A stretch of DNA of 54,541 nucleotides, the filler included, from Bipalium vagum (Eukaryota), in NCBI GenBank assembly GCA_037834085.1. It is 2 parts of 2 records of this genome, joined end to end, with 100 filler letters (N's around TTAATTAATTAA, not from the genome) between each part and the next. Parts side by side here need not be neighbours in the genome. Positions count along the whole stretch, not along the records: positions 1 to 24,456 come from JBBMKC010201052.1; 1 more part is not named here. One strand, given 5' to 3'. The notes under the pieces are model-generated. The model was not told where the DNA came from, did no database searches, and worked only from the letters and a program-made list of their open reading frames with translations. Below are positions 11,500 through 22,515 of this stretch, in pieces. A program made the translations under genes and the position numbers. Every line of letters starts with the position of its first letter. Position 1 is the first letter of the stretch.

Positions 11500-12480
11500 T
11501 GCAAAAATATAATTTTAATTTTTTTTGAAGTGGTCCCTTTTGGTTTGATTCACAGTTTCAAGCGTTTCTTGAAATTCTCAGCTATGGGAAGTATCATTTC
11601 CGGCTATATAGTGTACAATTCTTGGCATAAGTATTGTTTCAGTGACTAAGCTGTTGTGACGTTTACTACAGACTCTAGCTTCCAAAATTAACCATACTCT
11701 ATACTCCATTGAATTGAGATCCGGTGAGTACGGCGATCTTTTTTGAAACGTGATAAATTCCGAAAAATTGGCTTTGCATAACTCTTCCAAAGTGTTTACT
11801 TTGTGGGGCGGATCTCAGATGTTTATTGATGATTGCCGAAGTGTTTTTGAGATCAGAGAAGTGCTTCGACATCAAGGATCAGGCGTGTGTATATTTCTTG
11901 ATTGATTTTGACGCCTTCATCAATGAAGTTGATTTTGCTGATTGCACAGATTTCACCCCATACCACAAGGGAAAGCGGGTTTTGACAGCCTGCTCAACGG
12001 TGAATTTCCCCTCGTCTGTGAAGAGTATTTGTTCCTATTTGCTTTTGGAGCTCCAGTTTATGACATCCATTAATTCTTAGGAACTTATTTCTCTCCGTGA
12101 AGAAACTGAACTATTTAGATCTTGTAAGACTTGTACTGAATCTCATTTTTAGCAATTAGTCGAGCTGATTGACGCTTAAGTTCTGTTTTACGAGCTGTCT
12201 TCCGCATTGAAGTCTTTGAATTACGTTGAAGAAACTTATAGATGATTTTTCAATTTGGATTAGTTCGATTTTAACTGTTCTCGTTCTGCCACTTTCTGGA
12301 CGTTTTCCAATTTTTCCAAGATTTTCACATCGTTTTATCGATCCCCTAACGTTAGGAAAAGCAATTGTGAGTGTTTTAGCAATATCAATATTGCGAAATC
12401 TTTGTTCGTGCAAGACAACAATATTTTCTTGGTGAGCGCTCATTGATAACGGGTGATCGTTTTAATGTGAAAACTATTTA
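11500..12480 (-). mobile_element. Degenerate Tc1/maT-like transposon, near full length
   Basis: N-terminal HTH MSAHQENIVVLHEQ...SGRTRTV (12156-12443) and C-terminal SPYSPDLNSMEYRVWLILE (11578-11790). Confidence 0.85.
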
Positions 12481-12681
12481 CACATTCATCATCCATTTAA
12501 TAAACACATTTCAAATTTTACCTAGAAAAAAACTAAAATCAACGTATTAAAACTAAATAAAATTATTTATCACTTTGTCTTGTGATAATAATAATAAAAA
12601 TATTATTAATATTAATTAGTACTTCAAAGCATCCAAAGTTTTATAATAACAAATCTATTTAAAGAAAAAGTTGTGGAGCCT

Positions 12682-12893
12682 ATTTATTGTTTTTGCTTAA
12701 AGAGAAAATTGGATTCGAGAAGGAACCCGGGGCCTTTGTCTTTTACACTAACGACAATAAATGCTTTGCAAAACGCTGAGGCTCTGTTTCCCATTGCTTT
12801 CAAGCAAAATAAAGCATTGTTTCTCTAAATGAGAGTGTGAGACAAAACTTTTTCAAAGGTTTCCTTGGTTCTATTGAACAGTTTTCTGTCACT
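12682..12893 (+). repeat. ~200 bp direct repeat (partner 14322-14517)
   Basis: Both copies share TTTGCTTAAAGAGAAAATT...GAGGCTCTGTTTCC...CTATTGAACAGTT. Confidence 0.85.
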
Positions 12894-13459
12894 GTAATAT
12901 CGATCTGCTGAAATGATGTCATAGAAAGGGAAGTTGAAAGAAACATTAGACCCCAAAGAGACCTAATTATAACACTGGAAATTGGAAAAAGGAGAACAGA
13001 GAGAGCATTCAAAATAAAAACTTTCATTTAGAAAGTTAAAAGTCAAAGCAGAATGAAACATGAACGATACGAGTGAGAATAAACAAGACCAGCACTCACC
13101 TCTACGTTTAAATCTAAAAAGTGTTGTTCATCTTTTATAATGTAAAAATATTATATAAAAATATGTAAAGTTTTCAAAATAAAATTAAATTTAAACAGAA
13201 ATTCCATTTCAAAATCACCATGGCAACCAGAAATGACCAATGGCGTATTGTGCATTTTTACATATTTGTTTAAATAATATTTATCACGTCAAAAGATAAG
13301 CACAATTTCAAATATTGATTCGATTCTAAATAGTTCAAGTTGCAGGGAATTCCATTTGAAGTAATCCTCAGACGATATCAGATCTTTACGAGAAATGTCG
13401 AAAGTGAGCAAATTAAGTGGTCATTTATCGAAATGTGCACAGTTACCAAGGTAGGGCAA

Positions 13460-13760
13460 AATTCTCTATTGTGCTCATTTTCAGTAACTCGCTTTCTGGT
13501 GAAAGGCTTCTTTTGGTAATACACCATTTAATGACCATGGAACACTTTCAAATGAAAGAACGAAGATTATCAAAAAAGGAGGCTCAACAATGTAAAAATT
13601 AGGTAAATGCTGTCGCTCATGAGTCGAAATTCGCTCAGGGTTTATGTCAGACTTTTATTGCAGCAGACTCTCCATTGTTCAGATAACGGAATTAGGCCTA
13701 CAACCATTTTGAAAAAATATACAGAATTCCTTCGGGAACGACACTGCGATCGGAGTAAGT
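13460..13760 (+). mobile_element. hAT/CGGBP1-like transposase fragment (inverted partner ~14600-14830)
   Basis: FAQGLCQTFIAADSPLFR resembles the hAT LCxAFVAADIPL motif. 13519-13687 is the reverse complement of 14602-14770. Confidence 0.6.
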
Positions 13761-15105
13761 AGGAAATTTTCAATCTGCTATCGATGACTGTTGCAAAAGA
13801 GCTTAGAAGACTGATGACAAAATCTCGGGGAAGAAAAACCGACTGATGATGCCAAAGACAAATTTAAATGAAGTGCAAATGTCAAACATTTCGACGGAGA
13901 TGGTCAAAGAGTGTTTTATGAAATAGTGTTGCTATTTTTAATCTAGGGACGATGAGTGACATTAGACACGCTGCAAAAAATATTTTTCGTGGATATCGTT
14001 AGGTGAACGATCATTAACATTTTGCTGATAAATTGACAATATTTAGTTTCAATGAGCCATTTTCAAAAAGTGGTGAGAAATAATTTGTGATGAACTTCGT
14101 CCTACAGAGGTTATCCATCTGCTGCAGAAATATTATTATTATCATTTTATATAAATAAATACAGTTTCATGATGACGTGTTCCCTGACTTTATAAATAGA
14201 AAGCAGGAAAGCTCTAACTTCATAAAACAGTATTTAGAGCAATAATAATAATAATAATCTTTTGTACACTATTCAAAGCTTCTTTATAATAAACTGATTA
14301 GGAGGAAAACACTTGGTAGTGTTTATTGTTTTGCTTAAAGAGAAAATTAGATTCGAAAGGGAACCCAGGGCTTTTGTCTCTCACACTAAGGGTAATATTT
14401 GCTTTGCAAAGCGTTGAGGCTCTGTTTCCTATTACTTTCAGGCAAAATAAAACATTATTTCTCCAAGGGAGAGCGTGAAGCAAAACTTTTTCAAAAATTA
14501 CCTTCTATTGAACAGTTCCAAGATCAATATTTCCAATATGCTCCGATCTCAGTGACGTATATTCTGTATATTTCTTCAAAATGGTTGTAGACCATCATTG
14601 TGTTATCTGAAAAATGGAGAGTCTGCTGCCATAAATGTCTCACATAAGCCCTGAGCGAATTTCGACTGTTTAGCGACAGCATTTACCGAATTTATACATT
14701 GTTAAACTTCTTTTTTTGATAATCTTCGTTCTTTCATTTGTAAGTGTTCCATGGACCTTAAATGGTGTATTTTTATAAAGGATCCTTTATAAAAATCGAT
14801 TTATTGCAAATCAGTACAATAGAGAATTGCAGAGGATTGCAGATCATTTTAAGGACGGAAAACAATCATCACTATCACAGTAAAAGTTGTTTTCAGTCTC
14901 CCATCCTCTGACATTGCAGCCGAAAAGGATATTCGTGATATACTCAGAAGATTAAAAATTTTCTCTTAGCAAGGTGAGATTTTACGGTGATCAAGGGTGT
15001 TTCTCTCCCATGGGTTTCAGAAACCTTTTCATGTTTTCCATTAGAAACACAAATATTCATCTTTCTCGTTCAATTTTTTCCACCTTTAAATCTCCTCGAA
15101 CTTCC

Positions 15106-15270
15106 TTTCTGGCAGCCTTGGCTGATGCTGAGACCAGTCCACGTGTCTCTTCCATCCTAACTGGACACACATTATTTTCGCTATCCAATCTCGTGAACCA
15201 ATGAAAGTTTAGCACGACTAATTTCACTGATAAATATGAAAGTCATTTATAGTTTGGAAACACTTTTCAA
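15106..15270 (+). promoter_or_regulatory. Putative promoter/5' UTR of gene A, duplicated upstream of A'
   Basis: CACGTG at ~15140, two CCAAT boxes (~15185, ~15198) and GATAAATA at ~15229. Conserved in the inverted copy. Confidence 0.45.
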
Positions 15271-16129
15271 ATGTTTCTCACGTTAATTTTCGTTTCCGTG
15301 ATCAATGTTGAGGCGAACAATACTTTCGGAGCCATTCAATCCTGTGTCGCCAAGCCCGTCCTCAATCTGACACTTCGTTCTGCAGTTGAGTGTGCTCTCA
15401 AATGCGACTTGACCGATTGCAAAGCTTTCCGATTTGATCAGAACAAGTCTCTGTGCCGGTTTTATCCATCTCAGGAGAGTGATCAATCTAAGCTTTTGTG
15501 TGTCACTGAAAAGGTTTTTGTCAGAAGGAAACCTGTCAAAGTTGTAAGACCGTCTTCATACATTATACTTTTAAATCCTTTATTTCTAGTTGCCTTTTGA
15601 TGTTGATGTCATACGCTGTAAACTGCAGAAAAATGATAAGGGCATAAAAAGTGATTTCAAGTCGACGGTGTATGATATTTCGGACGATATGAAAGCAGCT
15701 GTCATTGTGAAAGGTAAAGACAACGCGGTCCAAATTGTCCTAGGCACATATCAAAAGAGCAAGATGTTTGCAGTTTCCTTAATCAAATCTCATAAAAAGA
15801 TGTGGAATAATTTCGTTGAAATATTGACAGATGGAGCCTGCAAAATGTATACTAAATGTGCGCATGATGTATCTGAATATAAAACCCACGATACCAAGAA
15901 GAGCAAAGTGTTTCAGGTAGATGACAAGTCGTCTTTCGATTATGAAGATCTTCGACGTTTTGTGGAGAGAAACGACTGGCACTTCATATTGTACGGTGAA
16001 TTTAAACTTAAAGGACAGGAATCTCAAACTCAAAAATTGGCAAGTCTTTACGGAGTTCGTATAACGGCAACAAGGAAGACGACCAACATAGACTTCAATC
16101 CAAGTGACTGTAAGAATAATGAATCATAA
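15271..16129 (+). CDS. Secreted PAN/apple-like domain protein, copy A (exons 15271-15543 and 15590-16129; 270 aa)
   Basis: Hydrophobic signal peptide. ECALKCDLTDCKAFRF...LCRFY Cys pattern. The 46-bp GTAAG...TTCTAG intron joins the two ORFs in phase 0. Confidence 0.85.
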
Positions 16130-16799
16130 ATAGCTGATGAAAGTCATATGGACGCTGTGAGACATTGGTAATGGACTCTCTTGATCTCTAAATGTGTTAG
16201 TTGTTGTCTTAATATTTGATTATCAATAAATACTTCAGTCAAAACAGTCCTTTAAAAGTTTTACTTTCACTGATTTTGAAGAATGAAGAGTTTCCTTCAA
16301 ATTATGACATTATAAAAGTAAACCCAAATATTTCTATTTTGAATATTATGCACTCAAAATATATGTTAATTGGATTTTAGACAGAGATAAGTAAAAATTT
16401 ATGGTTCTTGGTGAAAAATTATGAAAAAATTACTCAGGGTCTTGAATGTCGCAGTAGTCTGATGTGTAGTCGGGTATCCATTCGAAGATTTACCTCTACC
16501 TCTTATGTTTTACATATATTTTGTGTGCTTTTATTAGAGGATCTAACTACCGATAGTGCCAGGTGTATTAATACTCGTCGACATCATTTTACAGGCACCG
16601 AACGTATTTCATAGTGCTCAAGTAATTTAATTAATATTACGTTTTCATTATAAGCTGTTTATGTGACAAATGGCATTCTGAATGGCACTGACCAAGCCTT
16701 CTTTAACATGTGACAATTACAAAATCCAGACACAAAACGAAACCAAAATTCTCTTTCCTTTTATAATATTTATATTTCAAAAATGTATTTTCAAGCATT

Positions 16800-17650
16800 A
16801 AAGACAATGTCTTTTTAAATTAAAAAGGAGTACGCGTGTCCAAGTTTCTTCAAAGAATTTTCAATATTTCTCCAAAGCTGATCAATTTTTTTGACATAAC
16901 AGCCTTTATCGTAAACACGACGTTTTAATACCGACCAAAATTCCTGGATCGGTCGATCAAAGCACGTTCGCTTGATTGCAATGTTTTGGCGCAAAATTGA
17001 TGTTTTTAGACTTCAGGACATCTTGCGTCTCTTTCGAGTTATAAAAAGTAAGATCTGGTGAAAACACAATTTCATTGTTTTTGTGATGCTAAGTAATATA
17101 ATTTTTGAATTTACTCATGCATTTTGTGATATCGAATTTTGTATTGATTTCCTGACCTGATGGAACAATGTCACAACGGACCTTTCCGGAGAAGACTATC
17201 CGTACCAGTAATTTTGACTTAAATTTCCAAATTCTCTTTAGTTTTATTTTGCTGGGCGTTTTTTCGATATTTGATGTATAACATCTAGAATTAGCAGCGA
17301 GATCGTTGTTTGACAAACGAAAATATGACAAATATATGATAAAAAGTGAACCAACTGGCAATATTTTGGAAGAACTACAGTTTGTTGAGTTATTGTGCTA
17401 TTTGGAACCATTTTTCTTTTCAATTATCCAATATCCGTCTTTCCTTTGGATATTTGACATTTATACTGTTGGGTAACATTACATTTTGAAGTCAGTTTTC
17501 TTTGTGAAATACCATGAGCATGATCTATCATTTTCTTCTTTGAGTACCTTTAGAATGTGCCCCTAAAGATGCTGGAAGGGAACATTTCTTCACAGAAATA
17601 TAAATATTAGGTTTTCCAAGCAAGCCAAATACCGTGTTGGGCGCTCTTAG
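16800..17650 (-). mobile_element. Tc1/maT-like transposon remnant
   Basis: Minus-strand VPSGQEINTK and FWSVLKRRVYDKG. Confidence 0.7.
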
Positions 17651-17759
17651 AATGTCATAAAACGTCGAATTTAACTTGTTTCTCTAAGCACTTTGGATAT
17701 ATTCCATAAGAAACAAATGGTAAGAAGAATTGTGATGAAACAGTTTCAAAATTGATTGC

Positions 17760-18660
17760 AAAACTGAATCATTTTTATTTCCTTCTCTTTTACAATAATA
17801 ATAAATAATAATATTATGGCTCCATGTCAGGTGAGTAAGTCGCTGATGTGTGATGCTGATTATTAATTCCAGCACCATTAAATGGTGTACTTTTCTCAAT
17901 CGCCTTTTTTACATGACTCTTTTGAATTTGTACGTCTCTCTTGTGATTATTTCTCATGGTTTTATGAACTCGTAGTTCATTACTTCTAGGTAGTACCGAA
18001 TGTACAGTAAAAAGTTGGTTCAGTGGATATTGCGCTTCATAATCGACGAAGATGGTTGACCTGGATAGACTCAAGATTTCCCTCGATTAATGTTTTCGCA
18101 ATAGATGAGTTTCTCATCCCCTGTAACAATCTTGAGCATTATATTTTTCTAAAATCTTGTTTGGAGAGATAGCGAAGATTCATATCATCTATTCTTGTTC
18201 CCAGGAGAAAGGTTATATGGAAGCCACGTGTAAGCTTTCATAGTCGAGAAAAAAATTGCTTGTTTAAGAACTCCAAGCTGCATTGCAATTTCTGCTTGCG
18301 TCTGTCATGGGTCTTTATCTTGCAAAATTCTCAAGGTCTTCATCTACAATGAGTTTTGATAGACCTGGCTGTTCTGCATCGTTGAGGTCTAGATTTCCAT
18401 TTCTGAAATGTCCAATTTTTTGACTACACCTTCACCCAAAGCGGAAATAATCACATTTGTGGTTTGATAAACCGCTTTCTTCAATTGGAAGGCAAATAGT
18501 AATTTGATTTATCGCTATTTATATGGAATATTAAAACAACAAATTTTTTATATGATTAAATTATTACCTTTAATAATTACCCCTAACTTAATATTTATCT
18601 TTTTAGCAAAATAAGCGATTTAATAGTGACCCTGGATCCATTTACTAAATAGGACCTAAA
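17760..18660 (-). mobile_element. Mariner remnant, part of the left inverted arm around gene B
   Basis: IVTGDEK at ~18110-18130. Reverse-complement homology to 22021-22260. Confidence 0.8.
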
Positions 18661-19117
18661 TAAGGAGAAATCTTGATTTTCTTTTCAAACAGCATATTCG
18701 CTATTATAATAAATTCCGAATTTACTTCAATAATAAAAATATGCACCTAAAAAAATTTGCAACGACGGTACTTTATCCGAACTGTGCCCAATAATTATTC
18801 AGACGGTAGATCTCACGCAAAGAGCTCTCGTTCAGTAGTCTCACAGAATTGAGTGTCAGAGTTGAATGAGTATAAGGAATACAAATAAAATTTACTACAT
18901 AAGGCTTTTAGGTCTTTAATGATCAATTAGGAAAGCTCGAAGCTACATTGGAAAATGGAACACAAGGATTGATAAATGGATAGAATGTCAAAATCCGTCG
19001 CAATGCCGACCACATACTTCAAAAGTGACACTGCAGATATTAAAGATTTCGAATGTGACCTCCTTTCTCGTACTCCATACTCACTTTACATCGCCCCTTC
19101 AGATTATCACTTGTTTA
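18660..19117 (+). repeat. Inner left inverted arm with a mariner 3' fragment (partner 21222-21676)
   Basis: GTACTTTATCCGAACT...CTGCAGATATTAAAGATTTCGA...CCCTTCAGATTATC is mirrored at 21222-21542. Encodes a decayed PYSxxIAPSDYHL. Confidence 0.85.
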
Positions 19118-19399
19118 TGTTGTGAAAATTTGGAAATTATCAAATAAATATTTTTATGAAAAGTTTTCTTTTTTCACCTTTTTAAATATTTTATTTATAG
19201 AATTGTCACGTTTCGTCTCCAATAAATTTATTTATTTATATTTATATTTATTTTAAGGTATTAATATATATTTATTTTTTAATATTTTTACTTATATATA
19301 TATTATTCATTTTATATCTTTTATTTAATTATGTTATACTTATTTATAATTTTTTCTCTACCCATAAATTTATTGATTTGTTTTGTAAAAGGAATAGCT

Positions 19400-19680
19400 T
19401 GCGAGTAACATGAGAGCTGTGGATAGTTTACATGGTGAAGTCGATGTTGTTTCCAATTTCTACTCTTATAAACATTATATAACAATACCCTGGGCACCCC
19501 TCTGCTTCGTCATTTCAACAATAGACCGTAGAACATTTTGTAATGTCACTCATCACAGAACGACGATGAGGAATACAGGCGTTTTGCATGTTATGCTTAA
19601 AGAGTCATGGGATTTCCAAAAGAAATTGTTCGAGAAATATTTGCAACTTGGATGAGTCTTTCGTGTTCAGAAAATATATT
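19400..19680 (+). mobile_element. Possible piggyBac-like fragment
   Basis: Weak VVSNFYS (DNFY-like) and GFPKEI motifs only. Confidence 0.3.
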
Positions 19681-19869
19681 TCATCGATTACTTTTTACGA
19701 AACATCTCTGGGAAACAGGACTCCACTTGTTTATTTATATCTAAGCCAACGAAAGCATGCTGAGACTCCTTTCTATATAATTCTGTCTAATTGTGAAACC
19801 TGGAGAGTTTCTTTACTTCTCATAAATAACGACACGGCGTAATTACTTTTTATTATTATAAATCGCTCA

Positions 19870-20788
19870 ATGAACATTTTTCCTTTTCTACTGGCACTTT
19901 TAATTGTCAGTATCAAAGGCGACAGCTTCTACCTGGCAGTTCCATCCTGTGTGTACAAGGCGCAGGCCAACATCACCGTGATCTCTGCAATCAAGTGTGC
20001 AATCCAATGTGATCTGACTGAGTGCAAGGCTTTCCTATTCGATCCGGAGACCTCAAAATGTGTCCTGTACGAATTTCTCGAAATGTGCCAGTCAAACACG
20101 AATTGTGTCAATGCAACCGTATTTGTCAACAATCGATATAATGGGAAGGTGAGCGTGTTTTGATGATAACGATCATTGGTATTATTTTTTATAGTTTCAT
20201 TCTGCTGATTCCAATCCTCGATTCAAAATCTTGAAGGACATCAACGTAAGGTTAACCAGCGGCAATCCTTCGATTTTTGAGATTATAAATGGAGATCGGG
20301 CTAGTCCAATATTAACGGACAGAAAGAATAATATTATTATCGTGGAGGGATCTTATCAAAGTACGAGAATAATGATTTTCCCAAAGTGGGAATATGTCCG
20401 AAATTTCAACATCAGAAACGATACCTATGCCGTTTTGGCCAACAATGCAGTGCGATATTTGACCGGGGGAATGTGCAAGGATTATTTGCAATGTTATCAC
20501 TCAATTTTGAACTACACAAGATACGTTGAAGAGAATAATCTTGTCTTTGGTATTCTTGGAGCGGATCCAATAGACATGGATATCATGATGGAGAAAATGA
20601 GAACTCAAAATTGGCATTTTATAATTTCAGGCACTTTTGTTGGGGTCGGGGTGAAGAGGGACGTTCAAACGCTGGCAAATCTGTTCGGGATATGCATAAC
20701 TTTGAGGCAGGGATCAACCGATTGGTTTATACGAGAAAACATTTGTGTTAATGTCACCAAGTCTATCACTCCAAAATGTCGCTACTAA
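19870..20788 (+). CDS. Secreted PAN/apple-like domain protein, copy B (exons 19870-20148 and 20195-20788; 290 aa)
   Basis: Signal peptide MNIFPFLLALLIVSIKG, then SAIKCAIQCDLTECKAFLF...KCVLY. 46-bp phase-0 GTGAG...ATAG intron. Exon 2 shares G(S/T)Y, LTxGxCK, WHF and LAxL(F/Y)G with A and A'. Confidence 0.87.
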
Positions 20789-21189
20789 AACTGATCCTTT
20801 GAACAGACTTAATGTTGTTCTCATAATAATAGTAATAATGATAATAATAATAATTATTATTATTATTGCTTAACTGATAATAAAAATCATTTCTTTTCCC
20901 TTACATTTTTCTGTTTCGTTTTGTATTTTAATTATCTTTTCATTCTTAATCTAAAACCTCTTAAGCGAAGTTTGCATTGGTCTGTGAAGTTCAAATGAAA
21001 ATCAATACAATCTTTTAAAAATCGATTTTGGACAAAGGGAAAATGATAATTTAAACAAAGTAATTTCCGTAATTGTCTATGACCTTTTGTCATTTTAAAG
21101 GTAAATTTATTGTCTCATCTTCATAAAAAGCAGAGGGCTCTGGTGTAGAGAAAGTATCAGGGTCAGCTTTAATTGTGTCCCGTGTTGAA

Positions 21190-21676
21190 AATTATCCACC
21201 TTTCAGATAATTCTGAAGAGATTTAAGCAAGGGATAATCTGAAGAGGGCGTGTACAGTGAGTATGGAGCACGAGAAAGAAGATCACACTCGAAATCTTTA
21301 ATATCTGCAGGGTCACTTTTGAGGTATGGGGTGGGCATTGGGACGGATATTTGGATTTTGCAATTTAGCTTCGAGCATTCACAATTGATCACAAAAGACC
21401 TAAATACCGTATGTAGTAAATTTTAGGTATATCCCTTATTCTCGTTCACTCTGATCCTCAACTCTGTAGGACTACTGAACTAGAGCTCTTTGTGTGAGAT
21501 CTTACATCTTAAGAAGTCTTGAGTATAGTTCGGATAAAGTACTTTAGGCAGATACTTAAATTATTGAGGTAAATTCGTAATTTATTTGAATTTGCCTAAG
21601 AAAATGATCTTAAAACGAAGAAAAGGTGAATTATGGAGAATAGGCGGTTGGAAAAGAAATTCAAGATCTGTCCTTA
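21190..21676 (-). repeat. Inner right inverted arm with a mariner 3' fragment
   Basis: Reverse complement of 18660-19117. ORF 21192-21392 reads APYSLYTPSSDYPLLKSLQNYLKG. Confidence 0.85.
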
Positions 21677-22020
21677 AAGTATGATGTAATGAAAAGTATA
21701 TCCACTGCCCAGGTTAGAGTTCAAGTAAAGTGCGCGAGTCACGGGAGCAACAGATAAGCGTGACGAGTCAAAATATATTCAGAAATTAAGTAGGATGGAA
21801 AGGGTAAGGTGTCTGCTCAAGCTGAAATGTGTGAATAACAGTAGGACGACAGTTTGGGAAGATTTTACAAACAGAGCCAAAATTCAGAGAGCTCAGCAAA
21901 GTCAATAAAAGGTGAAGTAGAACACGAATCTATTCTGTGAAATTTCTAAATTTATATAAAAATCAAAATAAATATGGATTAAAAATTTGTTTTACTTTTT
22001 ATTACGTCTGCAAACTAAAA

Positions 22021-22515
22021 AGGTGTCTATTCAGAAAATGGCTCCAAGGTCAGTATTATATCGCCTTTGTGCTCAAAAGGTAATTATTAACGGTAATAAT
22101 TTATCATATTTATAAACGTTGTTGTACTTATATATTTTATATAAATATTCCATTTCTTGTGCACTTGGTGAGACTAACTGAAAGAGGCGACTGAAAAAAA
22201 CGGACCATTTAATGGTGCTGGAATGTAATTCGTCTGCATGATAATGTCATACCTCACAAGTCTAAGACAGTGCAATATCTTTAGGTTAGGATGTTTTCCC
22301 ACATGCGGCTTACGTACATAAAATGGCGCCATCAGATTGTTCTTCAACATCATCTGGCTGATTCTACGATCATAAAGATTGAAGATGTCATAAAATCGAT
22401 CTCAAATTATATTGAATTAAAATCGCCATCTTTTTTCAGGACAGATATTCGCCAGGTACATGAAAAATGGTTAAAATGCATCGACAAAAATGGAGGTTAT
22501 CTGTCCGAATAATTT
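22021..22515 (+). mobile_element. Internally deleted mariner, outer right arm
   Basis: Mirror of 17830-17910 and 18500-18660. LHDNVIPH and C-terminal EKWLKCIDKNGGY. Confidence 0.8.
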
